Part shown: positions 38,038-48,201 of the stretch, piece by piece
Layout of the letters: the number at the start of each line of letters is the position of its first letter
How positions within the stretch are numbered: position 1 is the first letter of the stretch
The notes under the pieces: generated by a model
What the model was told of the DNA's origin: nothing
What the model saw: only the letters and a program-made list of their open reading frames with translations
The model's database searches: none
NCBI GenBank assembly: GCA_964391975.1
Contig: CAYMNZ010000001.1
Coordinates: forward strand, 418,064 to 482,063
Source: an uncultured Candidatus Saccharibacteria bacterium
GTDB taxonomy: Bacteria > Patescibacteriota > Minisyncoccia > Phycocordibacterales > Phycocordibacteraceae
Reading direction: 5' to 3'
DNA: 64,000 nucleotides
Made by a program: the position numbers and the translations under genes

Positions 38038-41000
38038 TTACTTCGTGCTTTCGAGCGGCATCCTCGCCTCCTCTTCCGCGGCAGCTGCTGCCATCCGTAC
38101 CGTGCGCTCCTTCTGGAGTGCACCGATCGAAGCGTGCTTACGGCTTCCAGAGAAGCCCGTACCTGCGGGAATAAGGCGACCGAGAATGACGTTCTCCTTG
38201 AGGCCGCGAAGCGTATCCACGGAGCCCTTAAGAGCTGCGTTGATAAGAATCTTCGTGGTCTGCTCAAACGATGCAGCAGAAAGGAAGGAACGGCGGCTAA
38301 GCGCAGACTCCTTGATACCGAGCACCATCTCGCGTGCCTTCGGTGGGAGCTTCCCGTCTGCCTCCATGTTCTTCACATCCTCCTCGAACTCCCAGCCCTC
38401 AAGCACGTCTCCTACTGAGTAGTCGGAATCTCCGGTCTCAGTAATCTTCATGCGTGAGAACATCTGCTTCACGATAACCTCGAGGTGCTTGCGAGAAACC
38501 GAAGCGCCCTGAAGCTCGTAAATCTTAGAAGTCTCCGTGATGATGTACTCCTGTACCGCAGCGCGTCCGGCGTACTCGAAGAGATCATCAAGGTCAGCGG
38601 ATCCGTCAGTGAGGAGCTGGCCCTTCACGACAGAGTCTCCTGCCTTCACAAGCGGCATACGAGGGTAGGTAGCGAGGTACTCGTATGAGTCCCCTTCCTT
38701 CTTACCCTTACGCTTCTTGGTCTCAGAACCTGCCTCAGGTGCAACGACAAGAATCTTGTCGCGACCTGCGTCCCTGATTTCAAGGAGAATACCATTGGTC
38801 TTCGAGACGATGGCTGGGTTCTTCGGCGAGCGCTTCTCGAACACTTCCTCAACACGAGGGAGACCCTGCGTGATGTCTCCACCAACAGAGGCTGTACCTC
38901 CAGCGTGGAAGGTACGCATGGTGAGCTGAGTTCCCGGCTCTCCAATTGCCTGAGCGGCAACGGTTCCGACAGCCTCACCAAGGTCCACCTTCTCCTGACT
39001 TGTAAGATCCATACCGTAACAGGTGGCACAGATTCCGTAGCGGGTTTCGCAGGACATTGCTGAGCGCACCATGACGGAGCTCACGTCAGATGCACCAATC
39101 TTCTGTGCGTCCTCAGCATTGAGGTAGTGGCCTTTCTTGAAGCCCTCTACTTCAGCTGCGAGCGTCCTACCGCGGATAGCCTCACCGAAGTCGGTGCGGA
39201 TACCGGAAGCAGAGACACGGTTCACCGATACTCCGCGCTTCGTCTTACAATCCTCCTCAGTAATGATGGAGTCCTGTGCAGTGTCGAAGAGGCGGCGCGT
39301 GAGGTAACCAGCGCGCGCAGTACCGAGCGCAGTGTCAGTCAATCCCTTACGTGCACCGTGCGTACTCATGAAGTACTCAACAGGGTTAAGTCCTTCGGTC
39401 ATCGAGGACACAATCGGCACCTCAATGGTCTCACCGGCAGTGTTCTGGATAAGACCCTTCATACCTGCCATCTGAGTAAGGTTTCCGATAGAACCACGAG
39501 CACCAGAGCGCACCATGTCATGCACTGAGCCTGCTGGGTCGAGCTGCTCTTCCACGAGCTTCTCAACTTCAGTCTTAGCTGCGTGCCAGACCTCAATCAC
39601 CATGCGGCGCTTCTCCTCTTCAGAGAGAAGTCCCTCGAAGTAATCTGCGTTAATCTTGGCAACCTTCTCGCGAGCAGCATCCACAATCGGCTGCTTCTTT
39701 GGAGGAACCGACACGTCGTCGAGCGACCAGGAGACACCCGAAAGAGTGGCGTACTGGAAACCGAAACGCTTAATCTTGTTCACAATCTCAGGAATGCGGT
39801 CGAGACCGTAACGAACAACGGAGTCGTCCATAATCTTCGAGAGCGCCTTCTTCGTAATCGGCTCGTTCACAAACGGATAGTCGTTCGGAAGCACGGTGTT
39901 GAAGAGAAGGCGTCCGACAGTAGTCTCGAAGGCCTTGCCCTCAAATCCTTCGTACTTCTTCTTTCCTGGCATCGGGATAACCGAAACCTTGGCACGAAGA
40001 TCGATGGCACCGTACTCGTGCGCAAGAATAGCGGCGTTCGGGCTCTGGAAGAACTTTCCTTCGCCGTTTACACCGTCCACCTGCTTCGTGAGCCAGTACG
40101 TACCGAGCACGATATCAAGCGGCTTGGCGGTAAGTACAATCATTTCGCCAGACCCTGGCTTAAGAATGTTCTTGTTCGCAGACATGACGTTCTTTGCCTC
40201 CCACTGCGCCTCAGTTGAGAGCGGCACGTGAATGGCCATCTGGTCTCCGTCGAAGTCGGCGTTAAAGGCCGGACACACGAGCGGGTGTAGCTGGATAGCG
40301 TCGCCTTCGATAAGACGAGGGCGGAATGCCTGGATACCCTGACGGTGAAGCGTAGGGGCGCGGTTAAGGAGCACATACTTGCCCTTAATTGCCTCTTCAA
40401 GAATCTCCCACACCTCAGACACACCGTCTTCAATGAGACGACCGGCACCGCGGATGTTGAACGCGAGTTCGCGCTCAAGAAGTCCTGCGATAACGAATGG
40501 GCGGAAGAGCTCAAGCGCCATGTGCTTTGGAAGACCACATTCATCAAGCTCAAGCTCAGGACCCACCACAATCACGGAACGACCGGAGTAGTCCACGCGC
40601 TTACCAAGAAGATTTTGGCGGAAGTACCCCTGCTTACCCTTAAGGTAGTCAGCAAGTGACTTAAGCGGACGGCGCTGTGCAGGGGTAAGTGCACCACCTG
40701 ACGCTCCCGACTTGCGGATTGAGTTGTCGAGCAAAGCGTCGACTGCTTCCTGGAGAATGCGCTTCTCGTTACGGAGAATCACTTCAGGAGCGTGAATGTC
40801 GAGGAGCTTCTTCAAACGGTTGTTGCGGTTGATGACGCGGCGATAGAGGTCGTTGACGTCAGACGTTGCGTGACGGCCACCTTCAAGCGCAACCATCGGG
40901 CGAAGTGCCGGAGGAATAACCGGAATCTTGGTGAGGAACATCCACTCAGGACGAACCTTCGCTGCAATGAGCGAGGTGATGAGTGCAATGCGCTTTGCAA

Positions 41001-41778
41001 GCTTCTCCTTCTCTGCAATGCCTGCCTGCTCGTAGCGAGCCTCTAGCGTTGCTTTGAGGTCCTCAAGGTTAATTGCCTTGAAGAGGTCGTAGATAGCCTC
41101 GGCACCAATCTTTGCTTCAAAGAGCGTTCCGTACTTCACCGAGAAGCGGTGGTACTGAATCTCGTCGAAGACCTTACCAACAACCACTGAGTCAATCTCA
41201 GCTTTTGCGAGATTCATGCGCTCCTTAAGAGCATCACGGTCTTTGTCATCCTTTCCTGCCTTGTGCTTGGTCTTGTACTCGCTCTCAAGTTCAGAGAGGA
41301 GGCGCTTCTTTACGTCCTCAGCAACCTTCGTGACGATGTAGCCAGCGAAGTAGACGACCTTTTCAAGGTCAGCTGCAGGGACTCCAAGAAGGAGTGCCAT
41401 GCGGCTAGGCATTGAGCGGAGGAACCAAATGTGCGCGACAGGAGTTACGAGCTCGATGTGACCCATGCGCTCACGGCGAACGATGGAGCGAGTGATTTCA
41501 ACACCACACTTGTCACAAACAATACCCTTGTAGCGAATACCTTTGTACTTACCGCAGTAACACTCGTAGTCCTTCTCAGGACCGAAGATCTTCTCATCGA
41601 AGAGACCATGCTTCTCCGAACGCTGGGTGCGGTAGTTGATGGTCTCAGGCTTCGTGACCTCGCCGCGCGACCACTCGAGAATCCTCTCAGGTGAGGCGAG
41701 CGAAAGCTTCAGCGCATTCCAATCCTGGCGGCTTGCCATAGGGCGTGTGAACGTTTTCTTTGGGGGGTAGGTAGCCAT
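38038..41778 (-). CDS. rpoC: DNA-directed RNA polymerase beta' subunit
   Basis: Zn-binding CxxC pairs near the N-terminus, the NADFDGD catalytic motif and bridge-helix/trigger-loop regions. Start is set at MATYPPKK (ATG 41778), 4 nt after the rpoB stop. Confidence 0.93.
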   Translation of the reverse strand: MATYPPKKTFTRPMASRQDWNALKLSLASPERILEWSRGEVTKPETINYRTQRSEKHGLFDEKIFGPEKDYECYCGKYKGIRYKGIVCDKCGVEITRSIVRRERMGHIELVTPVAHIWFLRSMPSRMALLLGVPAADLEKVVYFAGYIVTKVAEDVKKRLLSELESEYKTKHKAGKDDKDRDALKERMNLAKAEIDSVVVGKVFDEIQYHRFSVKYGTLFEAKIGAEAIYDLFKAINLEDLKATLEARYEQAGIAEKEKLAKRIALITSLIAAKVRPEWMFLTKIPVIPPALRPMVALEGGRHATSDVNDLYRRVINRNNRLKKLLDIHAPEVILRNEKRILQEAVDALLDNSIRKSGASGGALTPAQRRPLKSLADYLKGKQGYFRQNLLGKRVDYSGRSVIVVGPELELDECGLPKHMALELFRPFVIAGLLERELAFNIRGAGRLIEDGVSEVWEILEEAIKGKYVLLNRAPTLHRQGIQAFRPRLIEGDAIQLHPLVCPAFNADFDGDQMAIHVPLSTEAQWEAKNVMSANKNILKPGSGEMIVLTAKPLDIVLGTYWLTKQVDGVNGEGKFFQSPNAAILAHEYGAIDLRAKVSVIPMPGKKKYEGFEGKAFETTVGRLLFNTVLPNDYPFVNEPITKKALSKIMDDSVVRYGLDRIPEIVNKIKRFGFQYATLSGVSWSLDDVSVPPKKQPIVDAAREKVAKINADYFEGLLSEEEKRRMVIEVWHAAKTEVEKLVEEQLDPAGSVHDMVRSGARGSIGNLTQMAGMKGLIQNTAGETIEVPIVSSMTEGLNPVEYFMSTHGARKGLTDTALGTARAGYLTRRLFDTAQDSIITEEDCKTKRGVSVNRVSASGIRTDFGEAIRGRTLAAEVEGFKKGHYLNAEDAQKIGASDVSSVMVRSAMSCETRYGICATCYGMDLTSQEKVDLGEAVGTVAAQAIGEPGTQLTMRTFHAGGTASVGGDITQGLPRVEEVFEKRSPKNPAIVSKTNGILLEIRDAGRDKILVVAPEAGSETKKRKGKKEGDSYEYLATYPRMPLVKAGDSVVKGQLLTDGSADLDDLFEYAGRAAVQEYIITETSKIYELQGASVSRKHLEVIVKQMFSRMKITETGDSDYSVGDVLEGWEFEEDVKNMEADGKLPPKAREMVLGIKESALSRRSFLSAASFEQTTKILINAALKGSVDTLRGLKENVILGRLIPAGTGFSGSRKHASIGALQKERTVRMAAAAAEEEARMPLESTK

Positions 41779-41782
41779 GGTA

Positions 41783-44700
41783 TTACGCGTTATCGGTTGG
41801 CTGATCCATTGGCTCAATGTCGAGCACGAGGCCGCGGATCTGGTTAGTAAGTACCGAGAAGGAAGCTGGGGTGCCCGAGTGGACAACCGGCTCGCCCTTC
41901 ACGATGGCATCGAAGGTCGCAGAGCGTCCCTGGATATCGTCAGACTTAATGGTGAGCATCTCGCGGAGCGTGTAGGCAGCTCCGTAACCGAGAAGTGCCC
42001 AGACTTCCATTTCTCCGAAGCGCTGACCTCCGTTCTGTGCCTTACCACCAAGCGGCTGCTGAGTGATGAGGGAGTACGGACCAATAGAGCGCATGTGGAT
42101 CTTGTCCTCCACCATGTGGTGAAGCTTCAGGATGTACATGTAGCCCACGGAGACTGGCTGCGCGAAGGCAACACCGGTGCGGCCATCGTAGAGCTGCAGT
42201 TTTCCGGAACGACTGAAGCCAGCGGCTTCGAGCTCGTCACGGATTTCATCTGCGGTTGCTCCGGCAAACGGAGGCACCACTGCCTGGTAGCCAAGCGTAT
42301 TAGCGGCAAGTCCCAAGTGAAGCTCGAGAATCTGTCCGAGGTTCATACGGGATGGAACGCCGAGCGGTGTGAGAATCACATCCACTGGGTTGCCGTCCTT
42401 GTCGTACGGCATGTCCTCTGCTGGAAGCACGCGGGAGATAACTCCCTTGTTACCGTGGCGTCCTGCGAGCTTGTCTCCAACGGAAACGTTACGGACCTGA
42501 GCAACGGTAACGACAATCTTCTTGATGATGCCGGATTCCAACTGGTCACCGCGCTCGCGACTGAATACGCGAACTCCAATGACACGACCGCGCTTCCCTC
42601 CTTCCATGCGGAGTGAGGTGTCCTTCACATCCTTGGCCTTGTCGCCGAAGATGGAACGGAGAAGGCGTTCCTCAGGCGTGAGCTGAGTCTCGCCCTTAGG
42701 CGTTACCTTACCGACGAGAATGTCGCCTGGGCGCACTTCTGCACCGATGCGCACGACTCCCTCTTCGTCGAGGTTCTTGAGGCGAAGCTCACCGACGTTT
42801 GGAATGTCGTGGGTGGTGACTTCAGCACCGAGCTTGGTGTCGCGCACTGCTGCCTCGAAGTCTTCAATATGAATAGTAGTGAACTTGGACTGCTGCACGA
42901 GGCGCTCGCTCACAATGATGGCGTCCTCGTAGTTAGCACCAGACCAGCTCATGAAGGCGACGCGTACGTTCTGACCGAGAGCCATCTGGCCGCGGTCGGA
43001 GCTTGATGCGTCTGCGAGCACCTCTCCCTTCTTCACCTTGTCGCCAGTTTTGACGATTGGGCGCTGGAGGAAGGCTGAGTTCTGGTTGGTCTGGGTGAGC
43101 TGCTGAAGGCGGTATTCCATCGGCTTCTTCTCCTTGCCCTGGACGATAATCTTGCGAGCGTCAGCGAAGGTGACTTCACCTGCCTCCTGCGCAATGACGA
43201 GGCGTCCCGTGTTGCGAGCTGCATGCTCCTCAATACCGGTAGCGACAAGCGGAGCTTCCGGAATCATGACCGGAGTTGCCTGCTTCTGCATGTTCGAACC
43301 CATGAGTGCACGGTTTGCGTCGTCGTGGTCGACGAACGGAATCATTGCGGTAGCAGCGGAGAACATCTGGTACGTCGAGGAATCGATGTACTGAATCTCA
43401 TCGCGACGAACGATTGCAGGCTCGCCACCGCGGCGTGCCTCAATGGTGTCAGGGATAATCTTGCCCTTGTCGTCCACTGGGGTGGCACCGTGAGCAATCA
43501 CGTACTCCTCTTCCTCAAGTGCGTTTAGGTACTCGATGTTCTCGGTAACAACACCATCGGTGACCTTTGCGTACGGAGTTTCAATAACACCGAACTCGTT
43601 GGTGCGAGCGTGAAGTGCAAGGCGGAGGATAAGACCGATGTTCTGACCTTCCGGTGTGTGAATTGGGCAGAGGCGTCCGTAGTGGGATGGGTGCACGTCG
43701 CGCACTTCGAAGCCTGCGCGCTCGCGGGTAAGACCGCCGGGACCGAGAGCGGAAAGGGTGCGCATGTTCTCGAGCTCAGCAAGAATGTTCTGCTGGTCCA
43801 TGAACTGCGAAAGCTGGTTGGCCGTGAAGAACTCGCGAATGGATGCCTGAAGTGGGCGTGGATTCACGAATGCCATTGGAAGGCTGGTGTCGCTCTCAAT
43901 GGTCGACATGCGGTCCTGAATGTTGCGCTTCATGCGTGACATACCAACGCGCATGCGAGCCTGAAGAAGCTCACCGACGAAACGGACACGACGGAAGCCG
44001 AGGTGGTCGATGTCATCAGGGCGCGCGTTTGGGTCCTTGTTCATCTTGGCGATTTCACCAACGATGTGGATAAGGTCGTCGTACGTAAGTACGCGCTGCT
44101 CAAGAGCCTTTGGCTCCATCTTGCCGCCGAAGCGCTTGTTAAGGCGGTAGCGTCCAACCTTCGAGAGGTCGTAACGGTCTGGGGTGAAGAGTGCGTTGAC
44201 GTACTGCTTTGCGTTCTCAGGGGTAGCGAGGTCACCATCGCGCATGCGGCGGTGAATCTCAACGTACGCATCCTCGAGCGTCTTAGCTGGGTCGTGCTCA
44301 AGGGTGGTCTGGATTGCAGCAACGGCGTCAGCGTTTCCTGCAAAGCGCTTCAAAAGAGGAGCACCTGCTTCCCCGCTGAATACAGCAAGGAGGTTGGTGA
44401 CTGGGAACTTACGCTTGCGGTCAATCTTGACCATGATGGCGCCGGATGGCTCGGAATCAATCTCAATCCAGACACCGCGCGATGGAATGATCTTTGCGCC
44501 GAACCAGGTCTGACCCTTTGCCTCTTCAGAGATGAAGAAGGCGCCGAAGGAACGAGCGAGCTGGGGGACAATCGCGCGCTCAACACCGGACACGATAAAG
44601 GACCCGTGTGGGGTCATGACCGGAATATCCGCAAGGAAGATGTCCTGCGTCTTCTCGGTACCGAGGGTTTTATTTAGGAGGGTAACAGAGGCCTTGAGGG

Positions 44701-44962
44701 GGGCTTCATAGGTCCTCATGTTCTCGCGTGCAGACTCTTCGTCGCCCTTAGGCTCTCCTATCTCGAAGCCGTTCCACTTGAGCTCGAACTTCTTGGTCGA
44801 GTAGTCCGGGATTGGAGTGAACTCCTTGAAGAGTTCGGTGAGCCCGTCTTTGACGAGCCACTCGAAGGACTGGCGCTGGTGGGCGACCAAGTCTGGGAAC
44901 TCGACGCGCGGCTTCTTGAAGGCCGCGAACGTCTTCTGCACGAGAGGTTTGTTGATCGGCAT
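41783..44962 (-). CDS. rpoB: DNA-directed RNA polymerase beta subunit (compact, 1059 aa)
   Basis: Conserved RpoB blocks (rifampicin cluster region ...FMDQQN...; ...GGQRFGEMEVWAL...). Confidence 0.93.
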   Translation of the reverse strand: MPINKPLVQKTFAAFKKPRVEFPDLVAHQRQSFEWLVKDGLTELFKEFTPIPDYSTKKFELKWNGFEIGEPKGDEESARENMRTYEAPLKASVTLLNKTLGTEKTQDIFLADIPVMTPHGSFIVSGVERAIVPQLARSFGAFFISEEAKGQTWFGAKIIPSRGVWIEIDSEPSGAIMVKIDRKRKFPVTNLLAVFSGEAGAPLLKRFAGNADAVAAIQTTLEHDPAKTLEDAYVEIHRRMRDGDLATPENAKQYVNALFTPDRYDLSKVGRYRLNKRFGGKMEPKALEQRVLTYDDLIHIVGEIAKMNKDPNARPDDIDHLGFRRVRFVGELLQARMRVGMSRMKRNIQDRMSTIESDTSLPMAFVNPRPLQASIREFFTANQLSQFMDQQNILAELENMRTLSALGPGGLTRERAGFEVRDVHPSHYGRLCPIHTPEGQNIGLILRLALHARTNEFGVIETPYAKVTDGVVTENIEYLNALEEEEYVIAHGATPVDDKGKIIPDTIEARRGGEPAIVRRDEIQYIDSSTYQMFSAATAMIPFVDHDDANRALMGSNMQKQATPVMIPEAPLVATGIEEHAARNTGRLVIAQEAGEVTFADARKIIVQGKEKKPMEYRLQQLTQTNQNSAFLQRPIVKTGDKVKKGEVLADASSSDRGQMALGQNVRVAFMSWSGANYEDAIIVSERLVQQSKFTTIHIEDFEAAVRDTKLGAEVTTHDIPNVGELRLKNLDEEGVVRIGAEVRPGDILVGKVTPKGETQLTPEERLLRSIFGDKAKDVKDTSLRMEGGKRGRVIGVRVFSRERGDQLESGIIKKIVVTVAQVRNVSVGDKLAGRHGNKGVISRVLPAEDMPYDKDGNPVDVILTPLGVPSRMNLGQILELHLGLAANTLGYQAVVPPFAGATADEIRDELEAAGFSRSGKLQLYDGRTGVAFAQPVSVGYMYILKLHHMVEDKIHMRSIGPYSLITQQPLGGKAQNGGQRFGEMEVWALLGYGAAYTLREMLTIKSDDIQGRSATFDAIVKGEPVVHSGTPASFSVLTNQIRGLVLDIEPMDQPTDNA

Positions 44963-45156
44963 GTGAGTAAGCTATGAAAGAGTGCTCTATAGGAACGGAA
45001 AACGGGTCCATACGCGCATGGACCGACGTCTCGTTCCTCGAGACGCTTGATAAATATTGTCGCCCGAATGTTGCCCCCCAGAGTGCCCCCGTCACTCAAT
45101 CTGAATCTGGTTCCTTATAACTTACACCCGGGAGCTGGGAGGGTCAAGGCTGTGGA

Positions 45157-45660
45157 TTACCTCTTGGCCAAGAACTCCAGACGCGATTTCTCTGCCACCC
45201 GCAGTACCTCTTCCCGTGGGTTAAGGAGAATTGGATACCCCTCCCCACTGACCTCTGCGTCATAGTCTTGCCCCGCAGGAAGGATTTCCGTGGATGCACT
45301 TACAGAGCTGCCATTGTCTTCACGTACCGTGACGTCGATGACGTCGAACCAGCCGAGGTCGACTAGTTCCCAGTCACGAATAATCGCTCGCTCATCTTCA
45401 GTGACCTCCCACACCATGCCGGCCACCTTCGCTTCCGGGTCAGGAACCGTCACGTAACTTCTGAAACTGTCTGGCCATTCAACTCGAAGCACCTCCTGCG
45501 CAGAAGCAGGTACTTGGTCAATGCGCTGTATGCAAAGTCGCATTCCCGCTACCGAACCGGCAGTTCCGGTAGGACGACGGCCAATCACGGCTTCCATCAC
45601 CTCCTCGCTACTCATCGCTCCGTAGCCAAAATACTTCATGGCTATTTCTTCTCTCTCCAC
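45157..45660 (-). CDS. Hypothetical protein, possibly gamma-glutamyl cyclotransferase (AIG2/GGCT)-like
   Basis: N-terminal YFGYGAMSSE resembles the YGSN motif of GGCT-like proteins. An alternative start at MKYFGYG (45639) abuts the trmD stop. Confidence 0.4.
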   Translation of the reverse strand: MEREEIAMKYFGYGAMSSEEVMEAVIGRRPTGTAGSVAGMRLCIQRIDQVPASAQEVLRVEWPDSFRSYVTVPDPEAKVAGMVWEVTEDERAIIRDWELVDLGWFDVIDVTVREDNGSSVSASTEILPAGQDYDAEVSGEGYPILLNPREEVLRVAEKSRLEFLAKR

Positions 45661-46292
45661 CCATCAATCTTCGCGTGGTTCCCGGTCTTAAGAACCGCCG
45701 GCACCTTATAAATCTTCCCCTCCCACTTGATAGCGTCGGGTCGTGTGTAGACCGCACTTGAGGCAATGCGACGCTCCTCTACTGACTCGTCCTTTCCAAG
45801 TACACCTGGGAGTCTGCGGGTAACCGCGTCCACAATCGCGAGCGCCGGCACTTCCCCTCCAGTAAGCACCGCCTCCCCTACTGAGTACGTTTTCAGGGTT
45901 CCCATGGTCTTCAAAATCTTTGCAGCACGCTCATCAATGCCTTCGTAGCGGCCGCAGACCAACACGACATTGTCGAACTTACCGAGCTTGTCAGCTTCCT
46001 TGTTATCAAATGCTTTAGCTCCTGGAGAGAACCACACGAGCGCCGTCTTCCCTTTCTTGCGTCCAAGAGATTTCTTCGCAGCCCGTACAACCGGAAGCGC
46101 AGTCATCACCATGCCAGGACCTCCACCATACGGGCGCTCATCTACCTTCCCCCACTTGTTATCAACGAAATCCCGAGGAGATTGATACACCACATGCATC
46201 TTCTTGTTCTTGCGTGCGCGCCCAAGAATGGAAGCCGAAAGATACGCCTCGCAGGCCTCCGGGAAGAGCGTAATGAGATGGAACGTGACCAT
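45642..46292 (-). CDS. trmD: tRNA (guanine37-N1)-methyltransferase
   Basis: SPOUT/TrmD motifs (ITLFPE..., YGGGPGMVM..., VVLVCGRYEGIDER). Start is taken at MVTFHLITLFPE. Confidence 0.88.
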   Translation of the reverse strand: MVTFHLITLFPEACEAYLSASILGRARKNKKMHVVYQSPRDFVDNKWGKVDERPYGGGPGMVMTALPVVRAAKKSLGRKKGKTALVWFSPGAKAFDNKEADKLGKFDNVVLVCGRYEGIDERAAKILKTMGTLKTYSVGEAVLTGGEVPALAIVDAVTRRLPGVLGKDESVEERRIASSAVYTRPDAIKWEGKIYKVPAVLKTGNHAKIDGWREKK

Positions 46293-46311
46293 AACCGGCA
46301 CACTACCACGA

Positions 46312-46343
46312 AAAACCGCCGCTAAAAGCGGCGGTTTTCTCTT
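46312..46343 (-). terminator. Rho-independent terminator for the minus-strand secreted-protein gene (CCGCCGC-TAAAA-GCGGCGG plus a U-run on minus)
   Basis: GC hairpin with A5 5' on plus, which is T5 3' on minus, just after the stop at 46359. Confidence 0.75.
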
Positions 46344-46358
46344 CAAACAACAACGTGT

Positions 46359-46910
46359 TTAGAGTGCGAGCTTCACCTCAAAATTACCGCGGAAACCAAC
46401 ACCACCTTCGATAGGCTCACCAAGTTCCCCGACCATGACGTCGAATCCTCCGTCCTCGTGCGCGAAGACGCCAATCTCATCTCCACTTCCAGCAAACCAA
46501 CACTGTGCAGCCGAAAGCTCTCCCGCAAGAAGACCCTTGCCGTCAACGCCGCCGTTCGCGCCGATTTCGTTACAAGACCCAGCATAGGTACCCATAGCGT
46601 GTGCAGTTCCGTTAATGGTGACCGTGACCTTGGTCTGCGGAACACCATTGACCTCTGTGAGCTCATCGAACTTCCAGGAAATAGAGGTCTTTGCAGTGCC
46701 CAGTTGTGCCGACTCAAGTTCAATCCATCCTTTCTGTCGTGCGCTCTCGCCCCCTGTCTCCTGATTCCCCTCTTCCATCTTTACCTCGTCAGGGGCCTGA
46801 AGCACCTGTGGGTTAAGCGCAACATATCCTCCGCCCGCAACAACGATAAGCCCGAGCACTACTAACAGGGCCGTGACGGCCGCGAATCCTTTGTGGTAGT
46901 TCATACGCAT
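46359..46910 (-). CDS. Secreted or anchored hypothetical protein
   Basis: N-terminal TM/signal (AAVTALLVVLGLIVVAGGG); Gly-rich. Confidence 0.5.
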   Translation of the reverse strand: MRMNYHKGFAAVTALLVVLGLIVVAGGGYVALNPQVLQAPDEVKMEEGNQETGGESARQKGWIELESAQLGTAKTSISWKFDELTEVNGVPQTKVTVTINGTAHAMGTYAGSCNEIGANGGVDGKGLLAGELSAAQCWFAGSGDEIGVFAHEDGGFDVMVGELGEPIEGGVGFRGNFEVKLAL

Positions 46911-46957
46911 AAGTATATAGCCGCTTCGGGCGGTTCAAGACAGACGTGTGGATGGCC

Positions 46958-47338
46958 CTAAGCGTACTCGATGTCGAGCCTGCCGGTGATGATGTCGAGC
47001 TTCGCGAGCTCCGCCTTCACGTCGTGAATTTGATCACTATGCACTTTTCCAAAGAATGCTGAATCGACAGGAATGAAAGTGAGTGGGGTGATGGCATCGG
47101 TAGCGTGTATGTCCGTAATCGCATCGGCAAGCACGATGCCACCTGACGCGTGGAGCGCGTGAATCTTCTTATCGCGACCTTGCTGGTACACCGCGACGCA
47201 CGCAGTGTTCGAGCATTCGTTTCGCAGACGTGTAGCGAACGCCTCAGCCGTCTCCTGTGCGGCTGTTTTTGTCTCCGCAGCTCGTGCAAGGTTTCCGTCT
47301 AACATCCCCTGATTATAGCTCGTCGACCACCTGGTCAA
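46958..47338 (-). CDS. Hypothetical protein occupying the rimM position of the rpsP-KH-rimM-trmD cluster (not RimM-like)
   Basis: 126-aa ORF overlapping the KH gene by 26 nt; the real start is probably internal (MLDGNL...). Confidence 0.4.
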   Translation of the reverse strand: MTRWSTSYNQGMLDGNLARAAETKTAAQETAEAFATRLRNECSNTACVAVYQQGRDKKIHALHASGGIVLADAITDIHATDAITPLTFIPVDSAFFGKVHSDQIHDVKAELAKLDIITGRLDIEYA

Positions 47339-47606
47339 CCGTCTTCTCCTCTCGCTTGCCGCCTACTGGCTCGTTCACCTTGAGGTTCACGCGAGCGTTG
47401 TGCTTCATGCCCACCACACGAAGGAGGGTGCGAATCGCCTTAGCGATGTTCCCTTCTTTACCGATAATCTTGCCCATGTCATCAGCAGCAACGGTGAGCG
47501 TAAGGAGGACTCCCATCTCATCAACTGAGCGGGCAATTTCTACTTGGTCCGGGTTATCAACCAGAGACTTAACAACGTACTCGAGAAATGCGTGGTCTTG
47601 TTCCAT
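47313..47606 (-). CDS. KH-domain RNA-binding protein (UPF0109/YlqC-like)
   Basis: GKIIGKEGNIAKAIRTL GXXG loop KH motif; conserved position after rpsP. Confidence 0.8.
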   Translation of the reverse strand: MEQDHAFLEYVVKSLVDNPDQVEIARSVDEMGVLLTLTVAADDMGKIIGKEGNIAKAIRTLLRVVGMKHNARVNLKVNEPVGGKREEKTVDQVVDEL

Positions 47607-47674
47607 AAAAGAGTGTTCAGAGTTACGGGATATTCAGCTAATGGAAGCACAGGCCGCAGGAAGCGGCGATGAAG

Positions 47675-48145
47675 TTAGGCGGCCGGTGTCTCTTCTGCAG
47701 GCGTCTCGGCAGCAACCTCAGCTGGAGCCTCCTCCACTGCGGGTGCTGCTTCTGCTACTACCTCCTCAGGAGCTGGCTCTGCCTCAGCGATAGCGGCCTC
47801 AACGACCTCCTCGCTGGTTGCCTCTGCGGCAGGGGCTGCTGGAGCAGCTACCTCAGGCTCGTCCTTCTTGATAGGAGACTTCTTAGGAAGAACGTTCACC
47901 TTCTTACCCTCGATAATCTTCTTGTCGATGAGGAGGTTAGAGAGCGATGGGGAGAGCTGGGCACCCTGAGAAATCCAGTGCTTGATGCGGTCCCCCTGGG
48001 CAGCAAACTGCTTGGTCTTTGGGTTGTAGGTACCGACAACCTCGACATTGGTACCCGCCTTAGGGCCCGATGCCTTCTCGAGTACGACCATACGGAACGA
48101 CGGGTCGTTCTTACGGCCGATGCGCTGGAGGCGTACCATCAACAT
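47675..48145 (-). CDS. rpsP: 30S ribosomal protein S16 with a long Ala/Pro/Glu-rich C-terminal extension
   Basis: N-terminal MLMVRLQRIGRKNDPSFRMVV...GTYNP (S16 core); about 75 aa of AAPAAPAAEATSEEVVEAA... low-complexity tail. Confidence 0.85.
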   Translation of the reverse strand: MLMVRLQRIGRKNDPSFRMVVLEKASGPKAGTNVEVVGTYNPKTKQFAAQGDRIKHWISQGAQLSPSLSNLLIDKKIIEGKKVNVLPKKSPIKKDEPEVAAPAAPAAEATSEEVVEAAIAEAEPAPEEVVAEAAPAVEEAPAEVAAETPAEETPAA

Positions 48146-48201
48146 AATTACGGGAGCCTACCAGACAAGGGAACATCCGTCAAAAAGGCCTATATGCTAA
48201 A

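Noticed and set aside
41779-41886. N-terminal 36-codon extension of rpoC in the ORF track overlapping the rpoB 3' end
   Set aside because: The conserved beta' N-terminus begins at MATYPPKK (ATG 41778), 4 nt after the rpoB stop. The extension is an artefact of open antisense or overlapping frame.
47675-47900. GC-rich GCN-repeat region (Ala/Pro/Glu codons)
   Set aside because: It is the in-frame C-terminal extension of ribosomal protein S16, not an independent repeat element.
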